DNA of 64,000 nucleotides from Candidatus Omnitrophota bacterium (GTDB lineage Bacteria; Omnitrophota; Gorgyraeia; Zapsychrales; Zapsychraceae): NCBI GenBank assembly GCA_050250375.1, contig JBFWOS010000002.1, forward strand, positions 645,149 to 709,148, read 5' to 3'. The notes under the pieces are model-generated. The model was not told the origin of the DNA, did no database searches, and was given only the letters and a program-made list of their open reading frames with translations. This document shows positions 39,652 through 49,337 of the stretch, in pieces; within the stretch, counting starts at the first letter, position 1, and every line of letters begins with the position of its first letter. The translations under genes were made by a program, and so were the position numbers.

Positions 39652-41566
39652 ATGGCCGTTCGTGTTACCTTTATTGCTGATCGCCGGGGTTGCATCAAAG
39701 GCCTACGGGGCCAGCCCTCCCCTCACGCTTGAGGATCGCGCCAAAATCGGAGAAATTTACACTCTGGAGGATCTGAAACAGTACGATGACGCCTTACCGC
39801 TGATCGAGGATCTCATGGATCGGTATCCCGATGACAGGGAGGTTCAGCGGACCTATGTGCGGATCGTTGGATTTGGAGGAGACTGGGAACGGGCCGCGGA
39901 AGTTATGGAGACCCTGTGTGTGGAGCACTGCGATGACCAAATTGTCGAAACATACGGACATATCCTTGAGGCACAAGGCCCAAATCCGGATACACTGGTC
40001 GAGATGGAAAGACTCCTTGAGCGGTACCCTCAGAATCCTGAGCTTAAATCCATTTATGCGGACATGTCTACCTGGAATCAATCATCGAACGCACAGTCGG
40101 CGACTGTTAATACCCCTCAGGATGGTCAGGTCGATTTGAATGATGTTCAAATTCTTGTCGAGCAGAATAGGCATGAGGAAGCTCTGGACTTGATTGAGCG
40201 TTACCTGGACACCTCCCCAGAAGATGAATCGGCGCTCCTGTGGAAAGCTCGCGTCCTGAGCTGGTACGGGAAACGAATTCCTGCTATTCGGGTGTATCAG
40301 GAACTAATACAGGCCGATCCAGACAACATCACGTATTATCGAGAATGCGCACGTGTTATGGGATGGGCCGGAAATTATTATAATTCGAGCAAGATTTATC
40401 AGAAGGCGATCGAACGTTTTCCTGATCACGCAGGCCTTAAGGCCGAGGCCGCCGCAAAAAACGCCTATTATCACGGTAAATTCCTTCAGGCTGAAGAAAA
40501 CTACCGTAATTGGTTGGAGATAGAGTCGGGTAACCCCGAGGCTCTTTTTGATTTGGGGCAGATCCACGCGCGCAGCCGGCGCTTCTCGGCTACCCAGATG
40601 GACTATGCGGAACTGTTCGAGAGATATCCGAGCATCGATGAAGCCCGTTCTGCCCGTGATAAGGCCGATTTGTACGCACATGGTTGGATGACGGAATCCG
40701 GATTTACGCGCTATGAGGCGGACAGCGAATCCCGGCAGGCGGACGTACGGTTGAATCAGATTTTTACACAATTCGAAAAGATGATTCTCGGGAACATGTG
40801 GGTCGGGATACGGACCGAGGATCTGGATTATTTCTTCAACGATACGGATGCTGAGATCAGCCGTCAACGCTATTCGGCCTGGCTGGGACAAGGTTTCTCT
40901 CCTACGACATATTGGCAGGCGGGATTCGGAATCAGTAAATCTTCCGATGGGCTCAAGGACCTTTATTATCCCCATGCGCAAGTTCAGCTGCCTTTCATAT
41001 CTGAGAAATTTTTATGGAATCTTTCCTATAAACAAGACGATATCATCCAAAATTCAGACACGATCATCAGCACCCTGCAAGCCGATGAATATCGCGTGCG
41101 TGGGACATACAAGCCGTTTAAATTTATCGAAATCGGTGGTGATGAAAGTATTGCCCTATACTCCGATGACAATGAGCGGGAGATGTTCGGCGGCGACGCA
41201 GCATGGATTATGCTGCATGAACCCATGCGTTTGGTGGCGAAATATCGTTGGCAAAATACCCAATATGATCAGATCAATCCGGATTATTTCTCACCGGATG
41301 ACTTCGTATCCAAACGGGCTTCGCTGGAATGGCAGCATTACCTCAATAAGCGCAATTTATATTGGGGAGCAAATCAAACTTGGTACCGGCTGAAATATGA
41401 ATACGTTATGAATCCAAGTGATATTAATCATGTGATTACGGCCGGACTCAACCTGGAGTTGAGTAAAAGGTTGATATTAAAAGTTGAAGCCCAACGCACT
41501 TTGCACGAAGACCAGGATATATATAAAGAAAACATAGGAACGGCTTCGGTATTCTTCATTTTTTAG
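39641..41566 (+). CDS. TPR plus putative outer-membrane beta-barrel (BcsC/PgaA-like exporter)
   Basis: Signal peptide, TPRs, YFSP motif, amphipathic strands, terminal Phe. Confidence 0.7.
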   Translation: MRIKWPFVLPLLLIAGVASKAYGASPPLTLEDRAKIGEIYTLEDLKQYDDALPLIEDLMDRYPDDREVQRTYVRIVGFGGDWERAAEVMETLCVEHCDDQIVETYGHILEAQGPNPDTLVEMERLLERYPQNPELKSIYADMSTWNQSSNAQSATVNTPQDGQVDLNDVQILVEQNRHEEALDLIERYLDTSPEDESALLWKARVLSWYGKRIPAIRVYQELIQADPDNITYYRECARVMGWAGNYYNSSKIYQKAIERFPDHAGLKAEAAAKNAYYHGKFLQAEENYRNWLEIESGNPEALFDLGQIHARSRRFSATQMDYAELFERYPSIDEARSARDKADLYAHGWMTESGFTRYEADSESRQADVRLNQIFTQFEKMILGNMWVGIRTEDLDYFFNDTDAEISRQRYSAWLGQGFSPTTYWQAGFGISKSSDGLKDLYYPHAQVQLPFISEKFLWNLSYKQDDIIQNSDTIISTLQADEYRVRGTYKPFKFIEIGGDESIALYSDDNEREMFGGDAAWIMLHEPMRLVAKYRWQNTQYDQINPDYFSPDDFVSKRASLEWQHYLNKRNLYWGANQTWYRLKYEYVMNPSDINHVITAGLNLELSKRLILKVEAQRTLHEDQDIYKENIGTASVFFIF

Positions 41567-41585
41567 GGTACATGGGAGAGATGCC

Positions 41586-43121
41586 ATGAAATATAATAAG
41601 AAAATAATTCTTCAGACCAGACCCTCAAAGGCCTTAGTCGTAATTTTGCTGGTATCCCTCGTTATTTATGTCATTATTCGCACACTATATCTTTGGTTTG
41701 CCATGGGCACGAAGTTGGAAATGGTTTTAGCCTGGATTTTTCTGGGTGCGGAATTATTCATCATGATTCACGCCATCGGATATTATTTGAATGTATTGAG
41801 GGCAAACTCCCCTTCGCATTATCCAAAGATAGCCGATGAGGAACCATCTATTGCTGTCCTGATCCCCGCCCGGCACGAACCCAGTGATGTAATCGAACAG
41901 ACACTTCTGGCTTGCTATAATCTGGACTACGAGAATAAATCCATTTATTTGCTGGATGACTCCTCCATCGTATCCTACAAACAAGAGGCAAATAGGATCG
42001 CCGAGCAGTTTGGTTCAGTCGTGTTTTCCAGGGATGAACATCGCGGAGCCAAGGCCGGTATCATCAATGATTGTTGCCGCACTTTAAGTGAAAAATATGT
42101 TGCCATACTGGATGCCGATCAGAACCCCATGCCGCATTTTTTAAAGGCCCTGGTGCCGTACCTGCAGCAGGATGAAAATCTGGCCTTCGTACAAAGTCCG
42201 CAATTCTATACCAATTGCTCCGTCAACAGTGTTGCGATGACGTCAAATTACCAACAAGGTATATTTTACGAATATATTTGCGAAGGAAAAAGCCGTAACG
42301 GAGCGATGATGTGCTGCGGAACAAATGTTCTGATGCGAAGAGCGGCTCTTGAGGACATCGGGGGCTTTGACGAAAAAACTGTGACCGAGGACTTTGCCAC
42401 CTCCCTTCGCTTGCATCTTAAGGGATGGAATACACTGTACATTAATAACCCCCTGGTTTTCGGTATGGCGCCACAAGATCTGATCGCGTATTTCAAACAG
42501 CAGTCACGCTGGTCAATGGGAAACACTCAGGTTTTTAAAAGCGTGATCAGGGCTTTCTTTACCCAGCCGTTCAGGCTGACAACCCGACAATGGTTTGAAT
42601 ATTTTATTACGGGTACTTATTATTTTATTGCCTGGGCCTATTTATTTTTGTTTGCCTTTCAGTTGATTTTCACTTTCTTAAATGTGCCGTCATTTTTTAT
42701 GGATCCCTATGTATACACGACCACGTTCATCCCGTATTTCCTGTTGGCCCTTGCTGTATTTTATTCCAGCATGGGATTGCGCCACTATGCGTTTTCAAAT
42801 ATCCTTAAAACTCACCTTTTGACGATTTTATCCATACCAGTTTACCTGAGAACAACACTGCTTGGGTTAATAAACATTCACAGCAAGTTTCAGGTTACGC
42901 CCAAGACGGGATCCACACGAGTGCCGTATAGGTTGTTATGGGGGCAGATATTTTTCTGGGTCTTGAATCTTATTGCGATGACATGGGGTATTTTAAGATG
43001 GATTTATGAAAGGAATATGGGAATCCTTTTTAACGTGTTCTGGCTCTTTGTTCACGCAATTGTTTTTTCATCGATATTCTATTTTAACGAAAATGAATGG
43101 GTGCAGGAGCAGGAGATATGA
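41586..43121 (+). CDS. Processive GT2 beta-glucan synthase (BcsA-like, no PilZ)
   Basis: LLDD, AKAG, DAD, QSPQ, TED, QQSRW, FQVTPK; multiple TM. Confidence 0.88.
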   Translation: MKYNKKIILQTRPSKALVVILLVSLVIYVIIRTLYLWFAMGTKLEMVLAWIFLGAELFIMIHAIGYYLNVLRANSPSHYPKIADEEPSIAVLIPARHEPSDVIEQTLLACYNLDYENKSIYLLDDSSIVSYKQEANRIAEQFGSVVFSRDEHRGAKAGIINDCCRTLSEKYVAILDADQNPMPHFLKALVPYLQQDENLAFVQSPQFYTNCSVNSVAMTSNYQQGIFYEYICEGKSRNGAMMCCGTNVLMRRAALEDIGGFDEKTVTEDFATSLRLHLKGWNTLYINNPLVFGMAPQDLIAYFKQQSRWSMGNTQVFKSVIRAFFTQPFRLTTRQWFEYFITGTYYFIAWAYLFLFAFQLIFTFLNVPSFFMDPYVYTTTFIPYFLLALAVFYSSMGLRHYAFSNILKTHLLTILSIPVYLRTTLLGLINIHSKFQVTPKTGSTRVPYRLLWGQIFFWVLNLIAMTWGILRWIYERNMGILFNVFWLFVHAIVFSSIFYFNENEWVQEQEI

Positions 43122-44248
43122 AGCCGATTATTTATTTATTGCTTGTCGTATTCGGGGTCTTTTTTCTGGTGGCCTGGATGCTTTCCGCGCTGACAAAAGA
43201 TGAGGCCTTTGTGCGACTGGAAGAAGGCTGGCGTGGATACAAGAATATTTTTGTTCAACCGGACGGAAAGGTATATCGAATCGAGGAAGAGGATGTTACT
43301 TCTGAAGGCCAGGCGAACGCCATGCTTCGCGCTGTCATCATGGATGATCAGGAGACCTTTGGGCGGATCTTAACTTGGACACAGAATAACCTGTCACGCA
43401 AAGACCGCGAGGGAGATTACTTGTTGTCGTGGTACTATAAAAATGGTGCCGTTCAGGATTCCATGCCGGCCGCTGATGCAGATATCGAATATGCCCTTGC
43501 GCTACTGCTGGCGTCACGAAAATGGGATGACGGTACCTATGCGGAGACGGCGTTGTTGGTACTCAAGGATATCCTGGACCGGCTGACAGTCGTGTTTCGA
43601 GGACGCCGCTATCTATTGCCGTGGATCATCCAGGACCCCGCTGATCAGGAGAGAATTCCTCAGAATCTCTCCTACTATTCCCCGTCTTTTTTTAAATTTT
43701 TCTACGAGTATGACCGGGATCCACGTTGGCTGGAACTTGTGGATACCACTTATGATCTTTTACTGCAAGCCCAAAAGGAATTTGACGGAATGCAGGGTTG
43801 CGGAGTAGTGCCGGATTGGAGTAAAGTCGACCATCAAGGTAAGCTTCATGCCTATGAGGGAAAATCCAGCAATTTTTCCTGGGAAGCGGTGAGAGTACCC
43901 ATGCGTGTCGGCATCGATGCTTTTTTATTTCGTGACCCCCGGGCCATTGAAGTGTTGTCCGGATTCGTCAAGTTTGCCGAAACGCAGTTAAACGAAACTG
44001 GAAAACTTGTCAGCAAGTACAGTTATGATTGTAAGCCCCTTTCAACACCGGAAAGCCCGCTCATGTTTTCGTCTATCTACATCGCCATGGAATTGACCAA
44101 TAGTCCGCAGGCTTCGTCTGTATGGGAAAGGCTGTCGCAATGGTTTCACCGGAGCCGGAAAGGCGGATATTACGAGGACCCGCGTAAGTATTATACGAAC
44201 AGTCTCGTATGGGTTGCAGACTTCTTATATATGGAGAAAGCGCAATGA
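43118..44248 (+). CDS. Glycoside hydrolase family 8 (BcsZ-like)
   Basis: TSEGQ, LLSW, PAADAD, NLSYY, PDW, EAVRVP. Confidence 0.88.
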   Translation: MKPIIYLLLVVFGVFFLVAWMLSALTKDEAFVRLEEGWRGYKNIFVQPDGKVYRIEEEDVTSEGQANAMLRAVIMDDQETFGRILTWTQNNLSRKDREGDYLLSWYYKNGAVQDSMPAADADIEYALALLLASRKWDDGTYAETALLVLKDILDRLTVVFRGRRYLLPWIIQDPADQERIPQNLSYYSPSFFKFFYEYDRDPRWLELVDTTYDLLLQAQKEFDGMQGCGVVPDWSKVDHQGKLHAYEGKSSNFSWEAVRVPMRVGIDAFLFRDPRAIEVLSGFVKFAETQLNETGKLVSKYSYDCKPLSTPESPLMFSSIYIAMELTNSPQASSVWERLSQWFHRSRKGGYYEDPRKYYTNSLVWVADFLYMEKAQ

Positions 44249-44478
44249 GTAGTGATGAAATGATGTCAACGCTGGAGGAAATCCGCAAAATCGAAGGGGC
44301 TATCTCACTTTACTTAGGGCATATAAGGAATACACTGAATTTCTCTGGCTTTGATAAGGCGCTGCTAAATGATGTTGAAAAACGTCTTGCCTCTATACAT
44401 AGGGAAAGCCAAGAACAGAATATTTCTCTTAAGTATTTAATTGAAGAAATTAAGAAAGGAAACCGGAATGTTTACTAA
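44245..44478 (+). CDS. Small helical hypothetical protein
   Basis: ATG overlaps the GH8 stop; GGAG SD. Confidence 0.55.
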   Translation: MSSDEMMSTLEEIRKIEGAISLYLGHIRNTLNFSGFDKALLNDVEKRLASIHRESQEQNISLKYLIEEIKKGNRNVY

Positions 44479-44803
44479 TGAGATCTACAGCGAATATTTT
44501 CACGAGATATATCTTAAAAAGAAGAAAAAACTTAAATTGCTCTGCTTTTTGTCGGAACAAATTCTGGACGATGCTGTTGGAAAAGTCCTGGCCCGATTCT
44601 TGGAACAGGACATACGGCATGTGTTATTGCTGGAAGAATTGCTGGCATCGGTAGCCCCCCAAGAACGGTCTGAGGCTTATAGCGCTGAAGATACGACCGA
44701 AGAAAGCAGTTTACTTCTATTGGAGGATATTAAACGTATCCTGCAGAATAAAAAAGCTCAAGAGCCACGGTTTTCTCCATGGTATATGCGGGAAGAGCGG
44801 TAG
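44468..44803 (+). CDS. Small helical hypothetical protein (possibly ferritin-like)
   Basis: MFTNEIY...EQDIRH; overlaps the previous gene. Confidence 0.55.
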   Translation: MFTNEIYSEYFHEIYLKKKKKLKLLCFLSEQILDDAVGKVLARFLEQDIRHVLLLEELLASVAPQERSEAYSAEDTTEESSLLLLEDIKRILQNKKAQEPRFSPWYMREER

Positions 44804-44875
44804 TGATATAGCCTTGCTTGAGTAAGCGGTCATCCATAGGTTTTAAAGACTTTTTTTGCAGGAGACTTTTACAAA

Positions 44876-44969
44876 TTATCGGATATTCACGTAAGGCGGG
44901 TTTTGGAAGGAATGATTGGATCGTTATTTTAGTGGAAACAGGCTGGAAAATATCGCCTAGGAGAAACGA
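44876..44969. repeat. Long non-coding direct repeat, copy R4 (lacks the TATAAT end)
   Basis: ttatcggatattcacgtaaggcgggttttggaaggaa...ttattttagtggaaacaggctggaaa...taggagaaacg. Confidence 0.92.
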
Positions 44970-44971
44970 TG

Positions 44972-45367
44972 TTATTTTTTACTTTGCGTCCTTAATATTT
45001 TATTCATTTCTTTTCCCATGGCCAATTCATCGATTAATTTATCCAGATAACGGATGTTTCTCATCAGTTTATCTTCAATGTCTTCGATGCGATACCCGCA
45101 GATTGTCCCTTTGATCAAGGCCACATTCGCATTCATTTGAGGCGCCTGTTCAAAAAATGTCTCAAAATCATTCTTTTTATCCAGTTGTTCCTGCAGACCT
45201 TTTTTGTCATATCCGGTTAACCAGAATATGATTTCATCGACCTCTGCCTTTGTGCGTCCCTTTTTCTCTGCTTTTTGAATATATAAAGGGTAAACGCCGG
45301 CAAAAGCGATCGTATAAATTTTAGGTTTTTCGCCCTTCGGTTTAATAATCTTTTTTTTGCCGGTCAT
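44972..45367 (-). CDS. DUF2200 family protein
   Basis: [49 protein letters not shown]. Confidence 0.88.
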   Translation of the reverse strand: MTGKKKIIKPKGEKPKIYTIAFAGVYPLYIQKAEKKGRTKAEVDEIIFWLTGYDKKGLQEQLDKKNDFETFFEQAPQMNANVALIKGTICGYRIEDIEDKLMRNIRYLDKLIDELAMGKEMNKILRTQSKK

Positions 45368-45418
45368 GATTTCATCTTCCTCTCTTTTTTTATCTAACGG
45401 TCATCAAAAAAGGATACA

Positions 45419-46678
45419 TTATTTCAATAAAGGCAACCCGCGTCCGATAATATATCTAAACCAGTACCCGGCCAGCAGAGATGTAACGATGGCAATCAGC
45501 ACCAGGACAACAAAAAATGTTTCATTAATAATCCCCATGTCAAACGCAACCGTGGCTAAAACGATTCCCGGTCCTCCTCTGGTGTTCATGGCAACTCCCA
45601 AATTAAAACTGGAAAGCCAATCTTTGCCTGCTAATCGTGAGGCTGCCATTGTTCCGATCGTTTCAAACAAGGCGCTAAACACCAAAAATCCCAGAAAGAG
45701 TATGGGGTCAAAGTGATGAACTAAATCCAGTTTCAGCCCGACCACGGCAAAATAAATGGGGATAAAGAAACCCAGGGATATTTCCTTAATGTGCACCTTC
45801 ACCGTATTGAATTTTTCATCAGGAATCATCCCGATTACGATGCCGGCCAGAAAGGCCCCGAATACAATATTGACATCCAAAACACTGGCTATAGCCGAAA
45901 ACAAAAAACATATGAATAAAACATACCCGGATACCGATGATTTAATAAGCAAGTTGCCTCTTGATTTGTTGCTTTTATTAATGATCTTTGGCATAACAAA
46001 AAGAGAAATTAAAAAGAACATCAAAGTGATAAACACGGTTGTGACGACACTCATCGGCGTGACCGTCTCGTTGCTGACAAGACCTGTCGCGATAGCCAGC
46101 GCGATCCAGAGAATGACATCTTGAATAGTCGCTGTTGCCAGGACGACTTTGGCAAAACGGGTTTCCATGATATCGAGATCAATGAATATTCTTGATATGA
46201 CCGGTATGGACGTTACGGCAACGGCAATCGCAATAACAATCGTTAGGGCAAGCATGTTGCCCTTTGTTCCTAAATAAGGGGAAAAATCAAAAAACCGGGG
46301 AGCGATCCAGCCTGCAAAAAATGGAATGACTGTCGCTCCGAGCAAAAGAAAGACGCACAATTTTCCGTCTTCCTTTGTCAGGGATTTCTGGATTTCAAAA
46401 CCGGACAGAAACATTAATAAGACAAGCCCCATCCAATAAATCAAGGAGATGAGTTTGCCTTCTCCCTCGAAAGCGTTGAAGATCCAGTCATAAATGCCCG
46501 GGGAAAAATAACCCAAAAACGAAGGTCCAAGGAGTAATCCGCCGGTAATTTCTCCGATCACCCGGGGCATCTTGAATCTGTGAAAGAGATACCCAAATAC
46601 ATGCGCCGATATTAAAAGGGCGGCAATGGCGAAGAAAAATCGTGTTAATTCAAAGTTTGTTAATGTTATTAAACTCAT
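45419..46678 (-). CDS. Cation:proton antiporter (CPA2)
   Basis: PRVIGEI.GG.LLGPS, AVTSIPV, FGAFLAG, FFIPIYF, MNTRG. Confidence 0.9.
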   Translation of the reverse strand: MSLITLTNFELTRFFFAIAALLISAHVFGYLFHRFKMPRVIGEITGGLLLGPSFLGYFSPGIYDWIFNAFEGEGKLISLIYWMGLVLLMFLSGFEIQKSLTKEDGKLCVFLLLGATVIPFFAGWIAPRFFDFSPYLGTKGNMLALTIVIAIAVAVTSIPVISRIFIDLDIMETRFAKVVLATATIQDVILWIALAIATGLVSNETVTPMSVVTTVFITLMFFLISLFVMPKIINKSNKSRGNLLIKSSVSGYVLFICFLFSAIASVLDVNIVFGAFLAGIVIGMIPDEKFNTVKVHIKEISLGFFIPIYFAVVGLKLDLVHHFDPILFLGFLVFSALFETIGTMAASRLAGKDWLSSFNLGVAMNTRGGPGIVLATVAFDMGIINETFFVVLVLIAIVTSLLAGYWFRYIIGRGLPLLK

Positions 46679-46715
46679 TCAATAATGCAGGTCCGTGGAT
46701 ATTTATTGTCAGATT

Positions 46716-48809
46716 CTAACGGGTTTGCTGGAGCATCATGATTGTATGCTGGAATTTTTGTGAATACTTCTGCTGTATCCGCCGGAATTCCTCCTGTAAC
46801 GACTGACGTTCCTGATCGGAACGTGTTTTAATGATTTTGGGTTCATAATCCGCTTTAATGTCCGCCATGAGTTCTTTGTACGCTTCGTTCATTTCCTGGA
46901 TAAGTGTTGTCTTTGGATTGACGGATGTTTCCCGCTGGGCAGTGCCGCGGGTCTCTCCCCGGCGGCGGGCGTAAGGATCCTGTGTCGTTGACTCTTGCTG
47001 CCGGTCCCCCGGCGCAGACACCGGCGCGTTTTTGGAAACCGGCTTGTCCTTCATCTTGAGGATGGCATCGAACCTTTCCTGGTAAGGGTCCTCCTTCAAG
47101 CGGGTGCTAAACGTATTCGGCGCGTTTCCGGTCAGTTTTGATTCGATGTACTGCGCGCGTTTGGTCTGGGCGTTCATCAACCGCTCCCAGGCCGCCGTGT
47201 CCATGGGCGGGGCGGCTGTTTTCACCTTGGGTTCCCGAGGGATGTCCCTGGATATGATCTTCTCCGGTTTCGGCGGCGGCAGATACTTGGCCGGCACAGG
47301 TCCCGGCGGATCGCTTTCCTGAGCAGCGCCGGCCAGAACTAATCCCTCCTCCTGAAGCGACGGCAGGCCGTTGGCCGCGCGGACCAGATTCTCCCCGAGC
47401 TGTGTGATCGTGGCGCAGTCACAAGGATGGTCCTTAAAAAATTTTCCCAATTGATAGGCCTCATTGTTCTCCATCGTCGCGTTGATCTTGTCCTTAAAAT
47501 CTTTAACACCCATGTCGGTGTATTTTTTTTCGTTATGCATCATATCGTTCATGGACTTGGCGAAAAAATATTTGAACACCGCCGGCCGGTAATCATTCCA
47601 TTGGGGCGTAAACCGTTTATCGATATAAACCTCTTCATAGGTATCGCGGTACTGGCTTTCCTGGTGGCCGTCCATGTAATAGGTCGTGCTGATCTTTTCG
47701 GAAGACGGGATCAGGTATTTTTTGAATTCTTTCACGTAATCCTTGCAGCGGGTGGAAAAGATCTCCGCATAGGAATTGAAATACATCTTGAACTTCTCGT
47801 TATCCGCATACAGTTTGAAATCGCCGTCAAAAATACGCCGCGGCAGTTCGAAATCCTTATATTTAGCCCAAAACTCGTCATATTTATACACGACCCCAGG
47901 CTGCCGGGTCTGAAGGCTGTAATGGTCCCGGCGGTGGGCCGCGTTGACATATAAAACGTCATTTTTGTGTTCGATGAATCCGGCCAGGGTCAGGTCCTTG
48001 TTCTGCTTCGGATCATAATTGAAAAAAACGCTGTTGTCCGCGGACCGGCGCGGAGGGATCACTTCCAGCGTTCCGGAACGCAGTTGATATGAGTAAATAA
48101 TGATGCCTCGTTCGGGCCGCCAATGGCGTTCCGTGTCCAGTTCGTATTCATCTTTATAAAAATGGTGGACCAGCACGCCTTCGAGATTGCCGCAGCGGTT
48201 GAGAAAGGGTTTTAACGTCTCATTAAGCCCGGCGATAAAGTCCGCGTCCGGCACGCCGTTGGTCAGGGGGATGATCGTCGCCTGCGGATCGGAAACGTCG
48301 TGTTCGATATAAAGGTTAAAGACCGGGTTCGACTCCGAGACATACTGCTCGGACTCGATCTCGACGCGTTTGTATTCCTTGTCCAGCCATTCCTTACTGT
48401 CCTTCTGCTCTTGCATAAGATCATCGAGGACTGTTTGATATTCTTCGCGCGTAATCGTCTTATGCTGATAAAGCATTTTGGGAAGCTGGCGCATGTGTTC
48501 CTGGTTTTCATCCATGAACTTTTGCCACTGCTCATAGAGCGGTTTGGTGTGTTCTTTCTGATAAGCCCATTTGCGTTCCTGTGTGGAATCCCGCTCCTGG
48601 CTGGTCATGACAGGAAGCCGGGTGAACCGGGCCGGACAGGCGGCGGCCTCCCCGTTCCATTCGGCATCGGGCGAATAGACTTTATACCCCTGACCTTCGG
48701 CCAGCAGACGGCCGAACTTACTGGTTCGTTCCTCCCGTGCCCATTGTTCATCGGCAAAAGCCTGATTAACGTAAAGGAGTAAAAAACACAAATAAAGAAT
48801 CTTTTTCAA
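46716..48809 (-). CDS. Large exported hypothetical protein
   Basis: 697 aa, signal peptide AFA|D; start codon non-ATG. Confidence 0.75.
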   Translation of the reverse strand: MKKILYLCFLLLYVNQAFADEQWAREERTSKFGRLLAEGQGYKVYSPDAEWNGEAAACPARFTRLPVMTSQERDSTQERKWAYQKEHTKPLYEQWQKFMDENQEHMRQLPKMLYQHKTITREEYQTVLDDLMQEQKDSKEWLDKEYKRVEIESEQYVSESNPVFNLYIEHDVSDPQATIIPLTNGVPDADFIAGLNETLKPFLNRCGNLEGVLVHHFYKDEYELDTERHWRPERGIIIYSYQLRSGTLEVIPPRRSADNSVFFNYDPKQNKDLTLAGFIEHKNDVLYVNAAHRRDHYSLQTRQPGVVYKYDEFWAKYKDFELPRRIFDGDFKLYADNEKFKMYFNSYAEIFSTRCKDYVKEFKKYLIPSSEKISTTYYMDGHQESQYRDTYEEVYIDKRFTPQWNDYRPAVFKYFFAKSMNDMMHNEKKYTDMGVKDFKDKINATMENNEAYQLGKFFKDHPCDCATITQLGENLVRAANGLPSLQEEGLVLAGAAQESDPPGPVPAKYLPPPKPEKIISRDIPREPKVKTAAPPMDTAAWERLMNAQTKRAQYIESKLTGNAPNTFSTRLKEDPYQERFDAILKMKDKPVSKNAPVSAPGDRQQESTTQDPYARRRGETRGTAQRETSVNPKTTLIQEMNEAYKELMADIKADYEPKIIKTRSDQERQSLQEEFRRIQQKYSQKFQHTIMMLQQTR

Positions 48810-48828
48810 TGAAACTTCCCCTTTACTT

Positions 48829-49275
48829 TTATCCCTGTATATCCGGCTCCACCAGGTTGGCCAAGAGCAGGAGTGATTCCTGCCAGCCCAGGTAACACAT
48901 TTCCGCCGGGATCATTGACGGGACTCCTTCCTGCGTGATGGACAGTTCCGTCCCGCAGGAGACTTCGCGCAATTCGATCGTGGCGGTCATTTCTCCCGGC
49001 AGGTTCGGGTCATCAAACTTGTCTGTGTAACGGATGCGTTTGCCCGGGACCAGCTCTACATAGGTGCCGCCGAAGGAATGGCTTTGTTTGGTCGTGAAAT
49101 TGGTGAACGACATTTTGTACGTTCCGCCGACTTTGACGTCCATGTGATGGACGGTACAGGTAAATCCGTACGGGGAAATCCATTTGGCGATGGCGTCCGG
49201 TTCAAGAAACGCCCGATAAAGTTTTTCCGGGGTGGTGCGCAAAACGCGGTGAAGACGAATGGTATTGGTTGACAT
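48829..49275 (-). CDS. SRPBCC/AHSA1 family protein
   Basis: TPEKLYRAF, DVKVGG.Y, CYLGWQESL. Confidence 0.9.
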   Translation of the reverse strand: MSTNTIRLHRVLRTTPEKLYRAFLEPDAIAKWISPYGFTCTVHHMDVKVGGTYKMSFTNFTTKQSHSFGGTYVELVPGKRIRYTDKFDDPNLPGEMTATIELREVSCGTELSITQEGVPSMIPAEMCYLGWQESLLLLANLVEPDIQG

Positions 49276-49337
49276 GATGGTCCTTTCCGTAATGGTTAAA
49301 TGGTTAACGGTTTATAGCGGTCAATCGGTTTTAAGTT

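Noticed and set aside
27811-44969. Long repeats as a CRISPR array or integron attC sites
   Set aside because: Units are ~120 bp and kilobases apart, are not palindromic, lack RYYYAAC/GTTRRRY ends, and no cas or intI gene is present.
44818-45114. ORFs crossing the long repeats (also 27686-27892 and 37672-37896)
   Set aside because: Shared peptides merely translate the repeat; frames and ends are not conserved between copies.
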